From IMG/VR virus record IMGVR_UViG_3300023110_000006: a DNA stretch of 64,000 bases; one strand, 5' to 3'. Position numbers and translations under genes: made by a program. The stretch's first letter is position 1, and each line of letters opens with the position of its first letter. Origin of the DNA: a virus. Shown in pieces: positions 1-10,116 of the stretch. Below the pieces are notes generated by a model. The model had not been told where the DNA came from. It searched no databases and saw only the letters and a list, made by a program, of their open reading frames with translations.

Positions 1-561
1 ATATTGATAGTGCGGTATGCTTGCTACTGTTTCAATTTTTAATGGTTTGCCAAATTGATTTTGTCCTCCCAAACAAGCATTCATTACTTTAATAAATTGT
101 TCATACCAATCAGGATTACTTGGATCATTCCAATTAATTCTTTGTCCTGCAAGGTTAAAATTATTACTGTCTAGTACATCTTCACTTGTATTAATACTAT
201 CAATTTTTAACATGCCAGTCGCTGATTGATTTCTTTTAGGATTATAAGACAATAGTCTTGCTAGACGTAGTACGCTTTCGCGACGTTCTGCTAATTCAAG
301 GAAGTTTTCTCTAGCATTTAAATCAACACGGAAACTTATATTTTGTCCTAGGAATGCAATTAGATCAATTAGTGCTAGGTATTCTGAACTTTCAATATAA
401 TCATTAAAATCCTCAGGATAATTTTGTCTGAGGTAGTTTATCATTGTTCTGCGTAAATTGTCAAAGTCATAACTTTGAAAATCTGCGTTCTTAAAACTTT
501 GATATATGCGTTTCCAATCTTCGGCAACCAATAATCGATTTTGTCTGTCTGTTGATGACAT
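1..561 (-). CDS. Baseplate wedge subunit, T4 gp6-like (N-terminal part; runs off the window)
   Basis: Manual translation from ATG at 561: MSSTDRQNRLLVAEDWKRIYQSF...YDFDNLRRTMINYLRQNYPEDFNDYIESSE...ENFLELAERRESVLRLARLLSYNPKR. This is a typical gp6 N-terminus, and it lies directly downstream of gp25. Confidence 0.85.
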   Translation of the reverse strand, partial: MSSTDRQNRLLVAEDWKRIYQSFKNADFQSYDFDNLRRTMINYLRQNYPEDFNDYIESSEYLALIDLIAFLGQNISFRVDLNARENFLELAERRESVLRLARLLSYNPKRNQSATGMLKIDSINTSEDVLDSNNFNLAGQRINWNDPSNPDWYEQFIKVMNACLGGQNQFGKPLKIETVASIPHYQY

Positions 562-622
562 ATTACATTCCTTAGTTAACTATTGTATTTATTTGAGATT
601 GTAAAGTGCGTATATTATTTTG

Positions 623-1069
623 TTAGATAAGTCCGTTGTTTTCGTCAAAATCTAGACGCATTTTTTCGGAAATATTGTAGGGCAAATATGTTAGATCAAC
701 TTCAATTTGTATTCCACTCTCATATGTTGATACTGATATGCCATTGACCTGTAATCTAGGGTCATAATTTACTATATTTGTTACATTCTCTGCAATAGCT
801 TTTTTTAAATCATCTGTAAATGGTTCGTACAAAGCGTCCCATATAATAGTACCAAATTCAGGATTTTCTAATTTTTCACCTTGACGTATATGAAAATGGT
901 TAATCAAGTCCTGTTTGATTAGAGCAAGATCATAAAGTGTAGTACTTTTTTGTGCAGGATTTACTGTTGAAAGCCCTCTATATGCTTTGCTAGACACAAC
1001 AGGTTTTGGCCTATTTGTGTTACTATTAACAGCAATTCTTTTGTATAAATTTTTTTCTATAGTGCTCAT
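623..1069 (-). CDS. Baseplate wedge subunit / sheath initiator, T4 gp25-like
   Basis: GEKLENPEFGTIIWDALYEP and YDPRL motifs of the gp25/GPW family; located between PAAR and gp6. Confidence 0.9.
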   Translation of the reverse strand: MSTIEKNLYKRIAVNSNTNRPKPVVSSKAYRGLSTVNPAQKSTTLYDLALIKQDLINHFHIRQGEKLENPEFGTIIWDALYEPFTDDLKKAIAENVTNIVNYDPRLQVNGISVSTYESGIQIEVDLTYLPYNISEKMRLDFDENNGLI

Positions 1070-1076
1070 ACTGTAT

Positions 1077-1379
1077 TTATTGTCCTATGTTTACAAAACT
1101 TGCGCCGCTTGTTATTTTGTCATTATCACATGCATCGTTTTTCCTTGCTACATATGCACCCACGATCTTTACAACTGAACTACTTCCTGCTATAGCCGCA
1201 GTGTGGTCTGGGCAAGGTGGATTAGGTGGTGCAGGATGAGATACTGTCAAGTCGCCTTTTCTACACACAAGTTCTCCTTGTATTTTTACAAATGTTTGAC
1301 TAGGTGCATCAAGTGTTGTAGTACCTGTACAACTATGTCCTGTGCTTACTGTATCTCCTTGTCTTGCTACTTCTGGCAT
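1077..1379 (-). CDS. PAAR-repeat spike tip protein (T4 gp5.4-like)
   Basis: VARQGD, VCRKGD and VARKND repeats with His/Cys metal ligands; 100 aa; downstream of gp5. Confidence 0.85.
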   Translation of the reverse strand: MPEVARQGDTVSTGHSCTGTTTLDAPSQTFVKIQGELVCRKGDLTVSHPAPPNPPCPDHTAAIAGSSSVVKIVGAYVARKNDACDNDKITSGASFVNIGQ

Positions 1380-2140
1380 TATACTGTTGTATCCTCTGAT
1401 CCTGTAGTTGTTACTGCTGTTGATCCATCAATTGGAACATCTGCTTCGGCAGGTAAACTCCAGTTTCTTTTTACACTTCTCACATATTGACTGTTGCTGT
1501 TAAATCTATAATTTGATACTTTTGCATCATTGCCTTGGTTTCCACCTAAAACTTTTATTACACCATTGCTTGTAATTTCTTGAATAAATCCTATGTGTCC
1601 TCCGCTACGTGTTTTTGATTTGAATATTACAACGTCCCATTTACGTATTTTTCCTGTGTCTCTCCAATCAACTTCGCTACCCCAGTTGTACCATGCTTGA
1701 CTTGACATTGTAGGATTGACTGGTATTTGTGCAGTATACAAAGCCCAACTTACAAAAGCCGCACACCATGCGTATGTCATAGCACTACTATCTTGTGTGT
1801 ACGCATTTCCACAAACTTTGTAACATTCTAATATCCTAGGATTGCCTGGATTTCCTCTTTCTTTCCAGTCTTGAGTGAGAACATTTTTTAAAAGTGCATC
1901 TAATCTTTCATAACCTGGTCCAGATGGTAATGGTCCTGGAGTAATATTAGGATCAAGCGGAGGTAAATTTGTACTGTTGCTTCCTGTGTAAGCTCTACTA
2001 CCAGGACCTGTGCTAGGATAATCTCCTTCTAAATCAAGGTAATCATATCTGTTTGCTTCTAGTAAATCGTTCCAGGCGGCATTATCCTGTATTTGTGCAG
2101 GATTTACTACCGGGCTAAAAGGAATATACACTTGACACAT
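1379..2140 (-). CDS. TIGR02594-like (NlpC/P60/CHAP-type) putative peptidoglycan peptidase
   Basis: AWCAAFVSWAL, GHIGF and VLGGNQG motifs (Cys-His dyad). Confidence 0.8.
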   Translation of the reverse strand: MCQVYIPFSPVVNPAQIQDNAAWNDLLEANRYDYLDLEGDYPSTGPGSRAYTGSNSTNLPPLDPNITPGPLPSGPGYERLDALLKNVLTQDWKERGNPGNPRILECYKVCGNAYTQDSSAMTYAWCAAFVSWALYTAQIPVNPTMSSQAWYNWGSEVDWRDTGKIRKWDVVIFKSKTRSGGHIGFIQEITSNGVIKVLGGNQGNDAKVSNYRFNSNSQYVRSVKRNWSLPAEADVPIDGSTAVTTTGSEDTTV

Positions 2141-2141
2141 T

Positions 2142-4745
2142 TTAACTTACTCCACTATTCAAATTTGGATCTATACTTGCTACTAATATTGGACTTCTTA
2201 CCCAATCAGGATCATATCTACCATTAGACAAAAACTTAGCTTGATAGTAACCTTGATCTTTTGGATAGCCAAGATTAAATCCGCCTTCTGTACCAGCAAT
2301 GGCCATTCTAAAGTTTCCTAAAACACCTCTACCAAAATCTCTATATCTTTCTTTAAGGTATGCGGCAGTAACAGCAACACTCTTTGCTACATCTGTAAGC
2401 ATCAACGTAGGATCATCTACAATTTCTACACCGAATGGATTATAATCTGACACTAACTCTTCTTTTGTAAGTCCAGCAAGTTTACCATAACGTTCGTGAT
2501 TGCCTTTACCTGTTAGCTGTATAAGTCCTCTTCCGATAAATTTAGCACCATCACCTGCTGTTGTATTGCCCATGTTACGTCCAAGTCTATGTTGATTACC
2601 GTAAACATATTCAAAAAATTGTGCTTTATCAGCTTTAAGTTCTGTTAGTGCAGAATCACTAAGTTGTCGTGTACTGCTAAAAATACTACGTATTCTATCG
2701 TTGCTTGTTCCGCCATATCCGCCTTCAGTTTTCAATTCTAATCCGGATTCAGTTTCAGCACAAGCAATAGCAGAGTAAACTTGTTCTTCTGTAAATCCTT
2801 CTGCATAAAGAGCTTGTGCAAATACACGAGATAACTCTTGTTTACTTACTTTTACAGGTTCTGGATCAGGTGGAATATTTGCCGCTCCTACAGGATCAAA
2901 TCTTGCACTTCCTTCCGGTGCTGTTCCTGAGGTATTGTAACTATTTGGTTGAGATCCTGAAAGTACAACTGTTCCTCCAGGTCCTCTAGCAAATGTATCT
3001 GGAGTGCTAGGAGGATAAGTTTCAGGTTGTGAGTTTCCTGCACGTATATTATCTGAACTATATTTTACTGGATCTAAATGTTCATGTTCAAACCAAGGTT
3101 CTTGTGAAGGACGTCTACTTGTTTCTCTTGCTAATTCAGGAGGAGTAGGATCTACAATATTTGGAGCAGGTGGAATAACTGCTTCTGCAGGTGCTTGCGG
3201 CGCTGGAGGAGTTGATCCTTGAATATCAATATCGTTTCCGTCAGCATATATTACCATGTTTGCACCAGCATGTAAATTTTGTGTAGCATCAGATCGTAGT
3301 GTCATAGTGCCTACACTCTTAACATGAAAAATATTCCCTGCTTCTATTTTCGTTGCTAATGCACTTTTTTGCGAAATCTCGGCTTCTGCTAATACTTTAA
3401 TATTTCCTAATGCTTTTAAATTGTAATCTCCATCAGTAGTAATGTTTACATATCCACAACCTTCTATACCTACACCTGTTGCACTACCAAGAGCTAAATT
3501 TTCTCCAGATATAACACTTTGTTTTGCACCTGCAACAATACTACCTTCGTTAGTCGCATATAGTATCATATTAGTGTTGGTTTGCATACTTATATCAGCA
3601 CTTGCATTTACACTAAACTGTGTACCGCTTACCATATTGGTGCTGTTAATAGTGCTTGTTTTAATTTTATCTGCTACAAGATTAAATGTTTGACCAGCTG
3701 TAATGTTAACATCTTTATCTGCCGTAAAATTAATATCTTCTTGAGATCTTACACTAATACTATCTCTACTGTAAATATCAATTTTTCCGTTACTTGTAAG
3801 TTCAATCCACGCTGTTCCTCTACTGTTACTAATGTAAATTAAATCTTCAGTATTGTGCAACACAATTTGGTGTCCTGTACGTGTTCTTAATCGGACATGC
3901 TCATTGTGAGGAAGTGTAGGATCGCCGCCATCTTCTCTAGCCTCTAAATTTATATATTGCATAGGTGTTTCCCAAGGTTTACCTATACGTAAAAATTTAT
4001 CATCACCGTCGTCCATTACAAAACTAGAACCGCCTAATCTACTTTTGAACATGCTTACTTTAGTACCTTCGTGTCCAATTTCAGCTTTTGGAGCACCTTC
4101 TCTTTTATCTAAAGGTCCTGGTGTACTCCATCCAAATACTGCACTCGGAATATCTCTTCTAGCACTTGATGTTGTGATTCCCCTTACTTCGTCTTCAATT
4201 AAACCACTTTGTATAAGACTTTTTGCCAAATCTAAATGAACAGATTTTTGCACTGTTGTAGGATCTGATGGAGTTTGATGAATAAATTTATTAAATTCTG
4301 CGGCTGGTGCTTTTTTCGGAAAGTCTCGCAAATTTGCTGTTGAAGAATTTCCGGGTACCATAAAATTCATAAATTCGTCTTGGATACATCCTATCCAATA
4401 ACACTTGCTTGTATTTCCTTCTGCAAAAATTACAAGAACTCTTGTACCAACATCAGGTGGCACTGCCCAAAATCCTGAACTTTGTTGTGTGTGTCTATAA
4501 CCTTCATTTCTTGATGATTGAGAAACTGGTGTTACATTGTAAAAGGGACTCAAATAACTTGCTTCAAATATTTGTCCTGATCTTTCTGGTTGGTTACCCG
4601 AAGCAGACTGTTTTAGCAATTCAACCTGTAGTGTACCCATGTATTTTGTATCAAGATTGTTAATTACAATAGCTTCAAACGGACCTGGACTTAGAGGTTG
4701 TGTAGGCCTTACTGATCTTCCTTGTGTTCTACTCATTCCTGCCAT
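2142..4745 (-). CDS. Baseplate central spike gp5/VgrG-like protein with C-terminal GH19-like (lysozyme/chitinase) domain
   Basis: N-terminal OB-fold motif GFWAVPPDVGTRVLVIF, beta-helix-like middle region, C-terminal DGAKFIGRGLIQLTGKGNH. Start moved from 4763 to the ATG at 4745, which overlaps the upstream stop (TAATG). Confidence 0.8.
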   Translation of the reverse strand: MAGMSRTQGRSVRPTQPLSPGPFEAIVINNLDTKYMGTLQVELLKQSASGNQPERSGQIFEASYLSPFYNVTPVSQSSRNEGYRHTQQSSGFWAVPPDVGTRVLVIFAEGNTSKCYWIGCIQDEFMNFMVPGNSSTANLRDFPKKAPAAEFNKFIHQTPSDPTTVQKSVHLDLAKSLIQSGLIEDEVRGITTSSARRDIPSAVFGWSTPGPLDKREGAPKAEIGHEGTKVSMFKSRLGGSSFVMDDGDDKFLRIGKPWETPMQYINLEAREDGGDPTLPHNEHVRLRTRTGHQIVLHNTEDLIYISNSRGTAWIELTSNGKIDIYSRDSISVRSQEDINFTADKDVNITAGQTFNLVADKIKTSTINSTNMVSGTQFSVNASADISMQTNTNMILYATNEGSIVAGAKQSVISGENLALGSATGVGIEGCGYVNITTDGDYNLKALGNIKVLAEAEISQKSALATKIEAGNIFHVKSVGTMTLRSDATQNLHAGANMVIYADGNDIDIQGSTPPAPQAPAEAVIPPAPNIVDPTPPELARETSRRPSQEPWFEHEHLDPVKYSSDNIRAGNSQPETYPPSTPDTFARGPGGTVVLSGSQPNSYNTSGTAPEGSARFDPVGAANIPPDPEPVKVSKQELSRVFAQALYAEGFTEEQVYSAIACAETESGLELKTEGGYGGTSNDRIRSIFSSTRQLSDSALTELKADKAQFFEYVYGNQHRLGRNMGNTTAGDGAKFIGRGLIQLTGKGNHERYGKLAGLTKEELVSDYNPFGVEIVDDPTLMLTDVAKSVAVTAAYLKERYRDFGRGVLGNFRMAIAGTEGGFNLGYPKDQGYYQAKFLSNGRYDPDWVRSPILVASIDPNLNSGVS

Positions 4746-7700
4746 TAAAATCCACCTTCCCATCTACCAGTTCTTTTATTGTAGCGAACATTTCCACCAA
4801 GATCTGCTCTTGGTAAATTTACTGCCGGAGCATCAATATTTCCTTCATTAAGACGCTGAAGTTGTGAAGCCGCTTCACTAGCCGATTGTTCTATAGCTGT
4901 TGGAATTTGTACTGGAATATTTTGATTAGCAATATTAATTGCTTGTTCTGTACTTACAGGACCATTAGGTAGACCTCCTCTTAGCAAAGGACTTACTCCT
5001 AATGTATCTCTATTTAATAATTGTTCTGAACTCATAATACTATCTGTGTATGCACTTGGATTGATTGTAGTAACAGCATCGTTAAGACTAGAAAGATTTT
5101 GTCCTAAACTATTTTGTAAGTTACTTCCAACACTTGATCCAATGTTTCCTAAAACATCGCCTCCATTTAAATTTAGCTGTGTAAGACCTAGTAAGTCTTG
5201 AGAAGCGGCTGTAAGTGCATTGAAGTCTGTACCTATCTGTGCTAGATCTTTTATGTTTATACCATTTTGGAATGTTTCAAATGCACTTGCAACTTGACCA
5301 AATGCCGCAAACGCATCACTGCCTATTATATCTCTTGTTTTTGTAATGACACTTCTAAGGTTATTAAATCCTGGTAAAATGTTTTCTGCTTCTACCATCC
5401 AGTCTAATCTATTAGCTGTATCACCTACTCTAGAATTTGTAGCTGTCAATCGTTTTGCAAATTCTGCTGTAATCTCATTTACACTTTCTGCTGGATTAGT
5501 AATAGGAACTAGAGCTCCTACATTTTGGCTTGGTCCAGATTCTTCTTGATTACGCATTCTAATCATTTGCAATTCTTGTGTAAATACACCTTCTTCAAAT
5601 TTATGCTGTATTTGAATCACTCTATATAAACCACTAAACGTATCAACAATTATTAAATCTTCTGGAAAGATCATTTTGCCCGAAGTTGGATCTGTATCTA
5701 CAGGTGTCCTAAATAATACATTACAATAAACTTCACTTCTTCCTGTATTCACTTGCCCGTCAGCTGTCATTGCTGTGTAAGCAGTATCTCTAGCATGATA
5801 GTTACCTACACCGTTATCAGATAACCAAAAAGGATCACCTACAATACGCATGTCTACCCTAATCATGTCTACATTAGAAAAAATTAATCTATCGTTAAAA
5901 GCTCTAGCAACTTGTATTTGAGGATCTGCAATTCCGCTACTGTGATCATTTCCTGAAGCGTTATTAACAGTTTCAACAGCTGATGCTTGTCCTTCTATAG
6001 GTGTGGTAGTGCCTGCTCCGTCACCTCCTGATCTAAAGCCAGGATGAGGGTGTCTTGCGGCTTGCCCTTCTGCCGCACCTACTCTATCTGCGGCTGAACC
6101 TGATCCTCTGTCAGCTGTAAAAGGTGCCAAAAATGCGTAATTGTATTCTATATTAAAATCAAGGACTGATTTATTTTTTCCTGTATAAACATAGTTGTAT
6201 TCTTTTGCGGCTTGTACTTTTCTTTCTGCTACTCCTTGTGTAGGTTCACTTACTGCCGCAAAATGTTCGTGACCGTATTTTTTTGGAACAACACGATAAA
6301 CATACAAAGACGGATATTGACCACCTCTTTGCAATTCTTCTTCGTCTTTGATGACGTATGTATCTGTCTGTATGTCATACCAATCTACCATGCCATCTTC
6401 TGGAAGATCATTTAGTTGGCGTGCAAGAGCCCTTCCGTATTGGCTACTAATTAAAACTTCTTCAATAATTTCTTGTATTCTAGTACCTGCCTTAAATGAA
6501 AATACTCTTATATCATCTGAAAGTTGTAAATTTCTACTAGTTCGGTTAAAAATAGGATACCTTTGTGATAAACTTTCTTGGTCTGCTAAACCTTGCGAAT
6601 TCATTGGTTGAGTTCCTCCTGCAAGAGGATCGTCAATAATCCATTTACTTCCAATTTTATTATTGCTGTAATCACTTGCCGCATATTTCTTAAACATTGT
6701 TTCTAACAAACTACTATCAGTAGTTCTATTTGCTAAACCGTTATAAAATTCTGCGAAGGTTCCTGGCACTTCTTCTGAACCGGCATCTGTACCTACTAAA
6801 CTTTGATAGTATTCTGATAGATATGCATCAGTAGTTGGTCTATTAGTGTCTGCTGGACTGCTTACACCAAATTCGTCATAGCCCGGTTGCGCTGTAGCTG
6901 TGCCTGTATCAAATTCTCCTCCAGCACCATATGCATCATAAATGCTTTTTGGTTCAGATTCTCCTGGAAACAATATAACATATTGATCCGGAGCGGCTAC
7001 TTGATTTTTTTCTTTTAACTCTTTTAATCTTTTGTTGTTTATTTCAGTTAAGCTCTGTGCACCTGTTTGTAACATTTCTCTAATTGTTCTGCCACGTAAT
7101 GCTACATCTGTTTTTATTTGTGTCACTGAATCGTGTAGTGCCTGCTCATTCCATGCTATAGCTTCTACTTTGTAGGTTGATCCACCTTCGTTTGTTACAA
7201 ACTGACTATTGATTAATTTTATAGGAAGTAACCTTCTACCATAAGGAACGTCCATTACGTTACCATCAACGTCATAACCTTTAAAATCAATTGTTAACAA
7301 AAAAGGCGCTTGTATGTAATGACCAAAACCTGCTGACTTTGCGGCAACTAAAAGTGCTTGATAAAAAAGTCCCATACTGTAAGGTTCGTAAACTTCAAAT
7401 TCAATTTTTGTTGCATTAGAATTTCTATTCCTAGAACCCATCATAACTATGGACTGTATGTTAAGATTATCCATAAAGAATTCAACACTTGCACCCATTG
7501 CTTGTTCTACTCTAGTTCTTGATTCTTTACCTGTGCGTTTAGCACCGCCACCATTTTGTATAATAGACCATTTGGGTTTTGTAGTTCTATAAAGTTCTGG
7601 TTTGTTTATTTCATCTTGAGTAAGTATATGCAAACCAAGAATAGCGTTCATACTTGAATAATCTTCTAATTCATTTGGCCAAGGTGGAGGAGTTACTCCA

Positions 7701-7978
7701 GGTACCAGTTCTCCAGCACGTACCGAATGTCCAATGGGTCCTGGTTTTGGAGATAAATTACTTTTAAACTGTGTTGGATTTTGTGTAGCAAAAGGAGACT
7801 TATTTGTAACTAACCCTAATGCTCCTTGTGCTTCGCCTTGTAAACCTTCTAACTGAGTTTTTACATTTTGTGTAGCACTAAAAAGTTTATTACGAAAATT
7901 ATTTTCAAACTCTGGTACAAAGTTTGCTAAATCGTTAAGTTTTTTGTTTACTCCATTTAGGATGTTTCGGAATGCCAT
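4745..7978 (-). CDS. Baseplate hub / tail-associated protein (gp27-like, extended)
   Basis: 1077 aa between gp53 and gp5; IVGDPFWL and SGLYRVIQIQHKFEEGVFTQEL motifs typical of hub proteins. Confidence 0.6.
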   Translation of the reverse strand: MAFRNILNGVNKKLNDLANFVPEFENNFRNKLFSATQNVKTQLEGLQGEAQGALGLVTNKSPFATQNPTQFKSNLSPKPGPIGHSVRAGELVPGVTPPPWPNELEDYSSMNAILGLHILTQDEINKPELYRTTKPKWSIIQNGGGAKRTGKESRTRVEQAMGASVEFFMDNLNIQSIVMMGSRNRNSNATKIEFEVYEPYSMGLFYQALLVAAKSAGFGHYIQAPFLLTIDFKGYDVDGNVMDVPYGRRLLPIKLINSQFVTNEGGSTYKVEAIAWNEQALHDSVTQIKTDVALRGRTIREMLQTGAQSLTEINNKRLKELKEKNQVAAPDQYVILFPGESEPKSIYDAYGAGGEFDTGTATAQPGYDEFGVSSPADTNRPTTDAYLSEYYQSLVGTDAGSEEVPGTFAEFYNGLANRTTDSSLLETMFKKYAASDYSNNKIGSKWIIDDPLAGGTQPMNSQGLADQESLSQRYPIFNRTSRNLQLSDDIRVFSFKAGTRIQEIIEEVLISSQYGRALARQLNDLPEDGMVDWYDIQTDTYVIKDEEELQRGGQYPSLYVYRVVPKKYGHEHFAAVSEPTQGVAERKVQAAKEYNYVYTGKNKSVLDFNIEYNYAFLAPFTADRGSGSAADRVGAAEGQAARHPHPGFRSGGDGAGTTTPIEGQASAVETVNNASGNDHSSGIADPQIQVARAFNDRLIFSNVDMIRVDMRIVGDPFWLSDNGVGNYHARDTAYTAMTADGQVNTGRSEVYCNVLFRTPVDTDPTSGKMIFPEDLIIVDTFSGLYRVIQIQHKFEEGVFTQELQMIRMRNQEESGPSQNVGALVPITNPAESVNEITAEFAKRLTATNSRVGDTANRLDWMVEAENILPGFNNLRSVITKTRDIIGSDAFAAFGQVASAFETFQNGINIKDLAQIGTDFNALTAASQDLLGLTQLNLNGGDVLGNIGSSVGSNLQNSLGQNLSSLNDAVTTINPSAYTDSIMSSEQLLNRDTLGVSPLLRGGLPNGPVSTEQAINIANQNIPVQIPTAIEQSASEAASQLQRLNEGNIDAPAVNLPRADLGGNVRYNKRTGRWEGGF

Positions 7979-7979
7979 T

Positions 7980-8285
7980 TTAAATTCCTAACATTGTTTT
8001 CAAAGCCGGCCCTTTTGGCAAATATATTTTTGTTCCTGCTTCTATATCAAAAACAGGATCTTTAATTGTATCCATATTTCTTTGTGCAAATACCCACCAT
8101 AATTTTGTAGTGCCATATAAATCATAAGCTAATAAATCTGGACGGTGTGTGTATTGAGTTTCTATTTCATAAAGTACATCATCTGCTTCAGCAGGCACTG
8201 GTCTAATCGAAAAAACTCCTAGATAGTCATTTCCTACTTTAGGTGTATTTTTCCAAGGACTTGAAGCACTATAACTTGCAGGCAT
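7980..8285 (-). CDS. Baseplate wedge protein gp53-like (LysM-like)
   Basis: RPDLLAYDLYGTTKLWWVFAQRN signature. Confidence 0.85.
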   Translation of the reverse strand: MPASYSASSPWKNTPKVGNDYLGVFSIRPVPAEADDVLYEIETQYTHRPDLLAYDLYGTTKLWWVFAQRNMDTIKDPVFDIEAGTKIYLPKGPALKTMLGI

Positions 8286-9142
8286 TATATCATTCCATTA
8301 TTACTAATTAATTTTCCACTTACAAAATCTTGTAGTGTAAATTTTTCTATATGTGTTCTACTGTAAATTGGTTGTACAGTAACAGCAATTAAACTTTGTG
8401 AAGGTACCCAGGTTCCTGGTTTTGTTTGATTTCCTGGAGTATCTGTTTCTCCCTCAATATCTGTTTTTAGATAATCAACATCTTGCGGCATATCAATATT
8501 AAAACCTGTTACTACACATGGTACATTTTTAAACACATATTCACCATAACCATTAAGTTTTGTAATAGGTGGCGGATTTCCTGTGTTAGCTCCATTGTCT
8601 CCATAAAACATTTTAGTCAATGTTCTTAAGAATGTAACTGCGGCTACCCAATATTTTGCATCTGTGTTGTTTTCAATAAAAAAGTCACCACTAATTGTAA
8701 TTGCATCCACAGATGATGTTTGATAATTAAAAAAAGGATAATTAGTATGTACAGGTTGCATTGAGTTGTAGCTTGCAGAGTGTGAAAATATTATCGAAGG
8801 AGTAAAAGGAAATATCATTCTGTTACCAGTTCCGTCTGTTCCGAGAGGTTTTAATAATTCACTGTTAAGTTCTTGTAATACTGGAGGTACAGATAAACTT
8901 ACACGCCAATCGTTGTCGCCAGCATCATCTATAACCAATGCAGTTGTTGTAGTACGTTCTTCAGGCACACCATTAGCAGGTAAATTCCTACTGCGTACAG
9001 ATCTCATGTATCCAGCGGCTTCGCCAGTAAATTTAGCAACTTTATTTGCTTTTTCTGAAATTGCACCCTGCAAAACACCACGTGCATCTCTAGCTATTTG
9101 TACACCAGGCTTGTTAGGATCTGCGTCTTTAAATGTTGGCAT
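8285..9142 (-). CDS. Tail tube initiator / baseplate protein (gp48/gp54-like)
   Basis: FPFTPSI, HTNYP and GNPPPITKLNGYG motifs; first gene of the baseplate operon. Confidence 0.6.
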   Translation of the reverse strand: MPTFKDADPNKPGVQIARDARGVLQGAISEKANKVAKFTGEAAGYMRSVRSRNLPANGVPEERTTTTALVIDDAGDNDWRVSLSVPPVLQELNSELLKPLGTDGTGNRMIFPFTPSIIFSHSASYNSMQPVHTNYPFFNYQTSSVDAITISGDFFIENNTDAKYWVAAVTFLRTLTKMFYGDNGANTGNPPPITKLNGYGEYVFKNVPCVVTGFNIDMPQDVDYLKTDIEGETDTPGNQTKPGTWVPSQSLIAVTVQPIYSRTHIEKFTLQDFVSGKLISNNGMI

Positions 9143-9165
9143 AATTATTTTACTCCTAGTAGTAT

Positions 9166-9171
9166 TATTTA
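9166..9171 (-). promoter_or_regulatory. Late promoter (TAAATA) for the baseplate operon
   Basis: TAAATA on the minus strand, upstream of AGGAG RBS and the ATG at 9142; T4 late-promoter core. Confidence 0.6.
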
Positions 9172-9172
9172 G

Positions 9173-9201
9173 TTGACTTTTTAATGTACGTATATTATAA
9201 T
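9173..9201 (+). promoter_or_regulatory. Sigma70-type promoter for the late sigma gene
   Basis: TTGACT(9173-9178)-N17-TATAAT(9196-9201). Confidence 0.7.
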
Positions 9202-9226
9202 AAGGCTATAAAACGGAAAGAGGAAT

Positions 9227-10057
9227 ATGAGAAAAACAAATTACTTAAACAATAAAGACATATTAGCAGAAATACATAAATCAAAAAATACGTTTAATAG
9301 TTATACAGATCCAGAATATGGATATTTTGATATTATTTTACCAGACGTGTCTAAAATAAACATAAGAACTATTGCAGAAGCAAAAAGAAATAAAGCAAAA
9401 AAATTAAGCACACAAGCGTTTGAACAAGCAAAAGCTCAGGGTAAAAAAGTAAAACAAGCAGATTGTGCTATAGATTACAAAAAAATTGACAAAAATGAAT
9501 TAATTTTTAGAATTATGACTTACGAACATATTCCTGAAGAGCCAGGACGTAAGAAAAATCCAAAAACTGTAGCAGATACAAAAGTAAAATTAAATTTTCC
9601 GCCTTTCCAGCACTACAAATTCAATGACGACAATGAATTAATAGTAGTTGGAAAAAGCCATTGGCAAGGAGGCATGGAAAATGGCCATTTTTCACTTACG
9701 CACGGCCAAGCAACAAATAAACTTGCTATGATGTGGATGAAATTGTGTGATCGTTATGCTACAAGAGGTAATGTAAGAGGATATACTTACAATGATGAAA
9801 TGCGAGGACAAGCAATACTGCAATTAGCACAGATTGGATTGCAGTTTGACGAATCTAAAAGTAACAACCCGTTTGCTTACTACACAGCGGCAGTCACAAA
9901 CTCATTTGTACGTGTTATCAACCTTGAAAAACGTAATCAGAACATTAGAGACGACATCCTTGAAATGAATGATATGAACCCAAGTTATACTAGACAGCAT
10001 CAAGGCGAATGGGAAGCAAGTGTTAGACGCGAAAAAGAAGCGGCAGAGGCAAAATAA
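9227..10057 (+). CDS. Late-transcription sigma factor, T4 gp55-like
   Basis: YTYNDEMRGQA...FDESKSNNPFAYYT motif; adjacent to gp47/gp46 as in T4-like phages. Confidence 0.85.
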   Translation: MRKTNYLNNKDILAEIHKSKNTFNSYTDPEYGYFDIILPDVSKINIRTIAEAKRNKAKKLSTQAFEQAKAQGKKVKQADCAIDYKKIDKNELIFRIMTYEHIPEEPGRKKNPKTVADTKVKLNFPPFQHYKFNDDNELIVVGKSHWQGGMENGHFSLTHGQATNKLAMMWMKLCDRYATRGNVRGYTYNDEMRGQAILQLAQIGLQFDESKSNNPFAYYTAAVTNSFVRVINLEKRNQNIRDDILEMNDMNPSYTRQHQGEWEASVRREKEAAEAK

Positions 10058-10061
10058 CCTC

Positions 10062-10090
10062 TTGACTTTATACAATTTTTAGTGTAAGCT
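10062..10090 (+). promoter_or_regulatory. Sigma70-type promoter for gp47-gp46
   Basis: TTGACT(10062-10067)-N17-TAAGCT(10085-10090). Confidence 0.5.
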
Positions 10091-10116
10091 AGTAAAAAAT
10101 ATTAAGAGGATATTAA

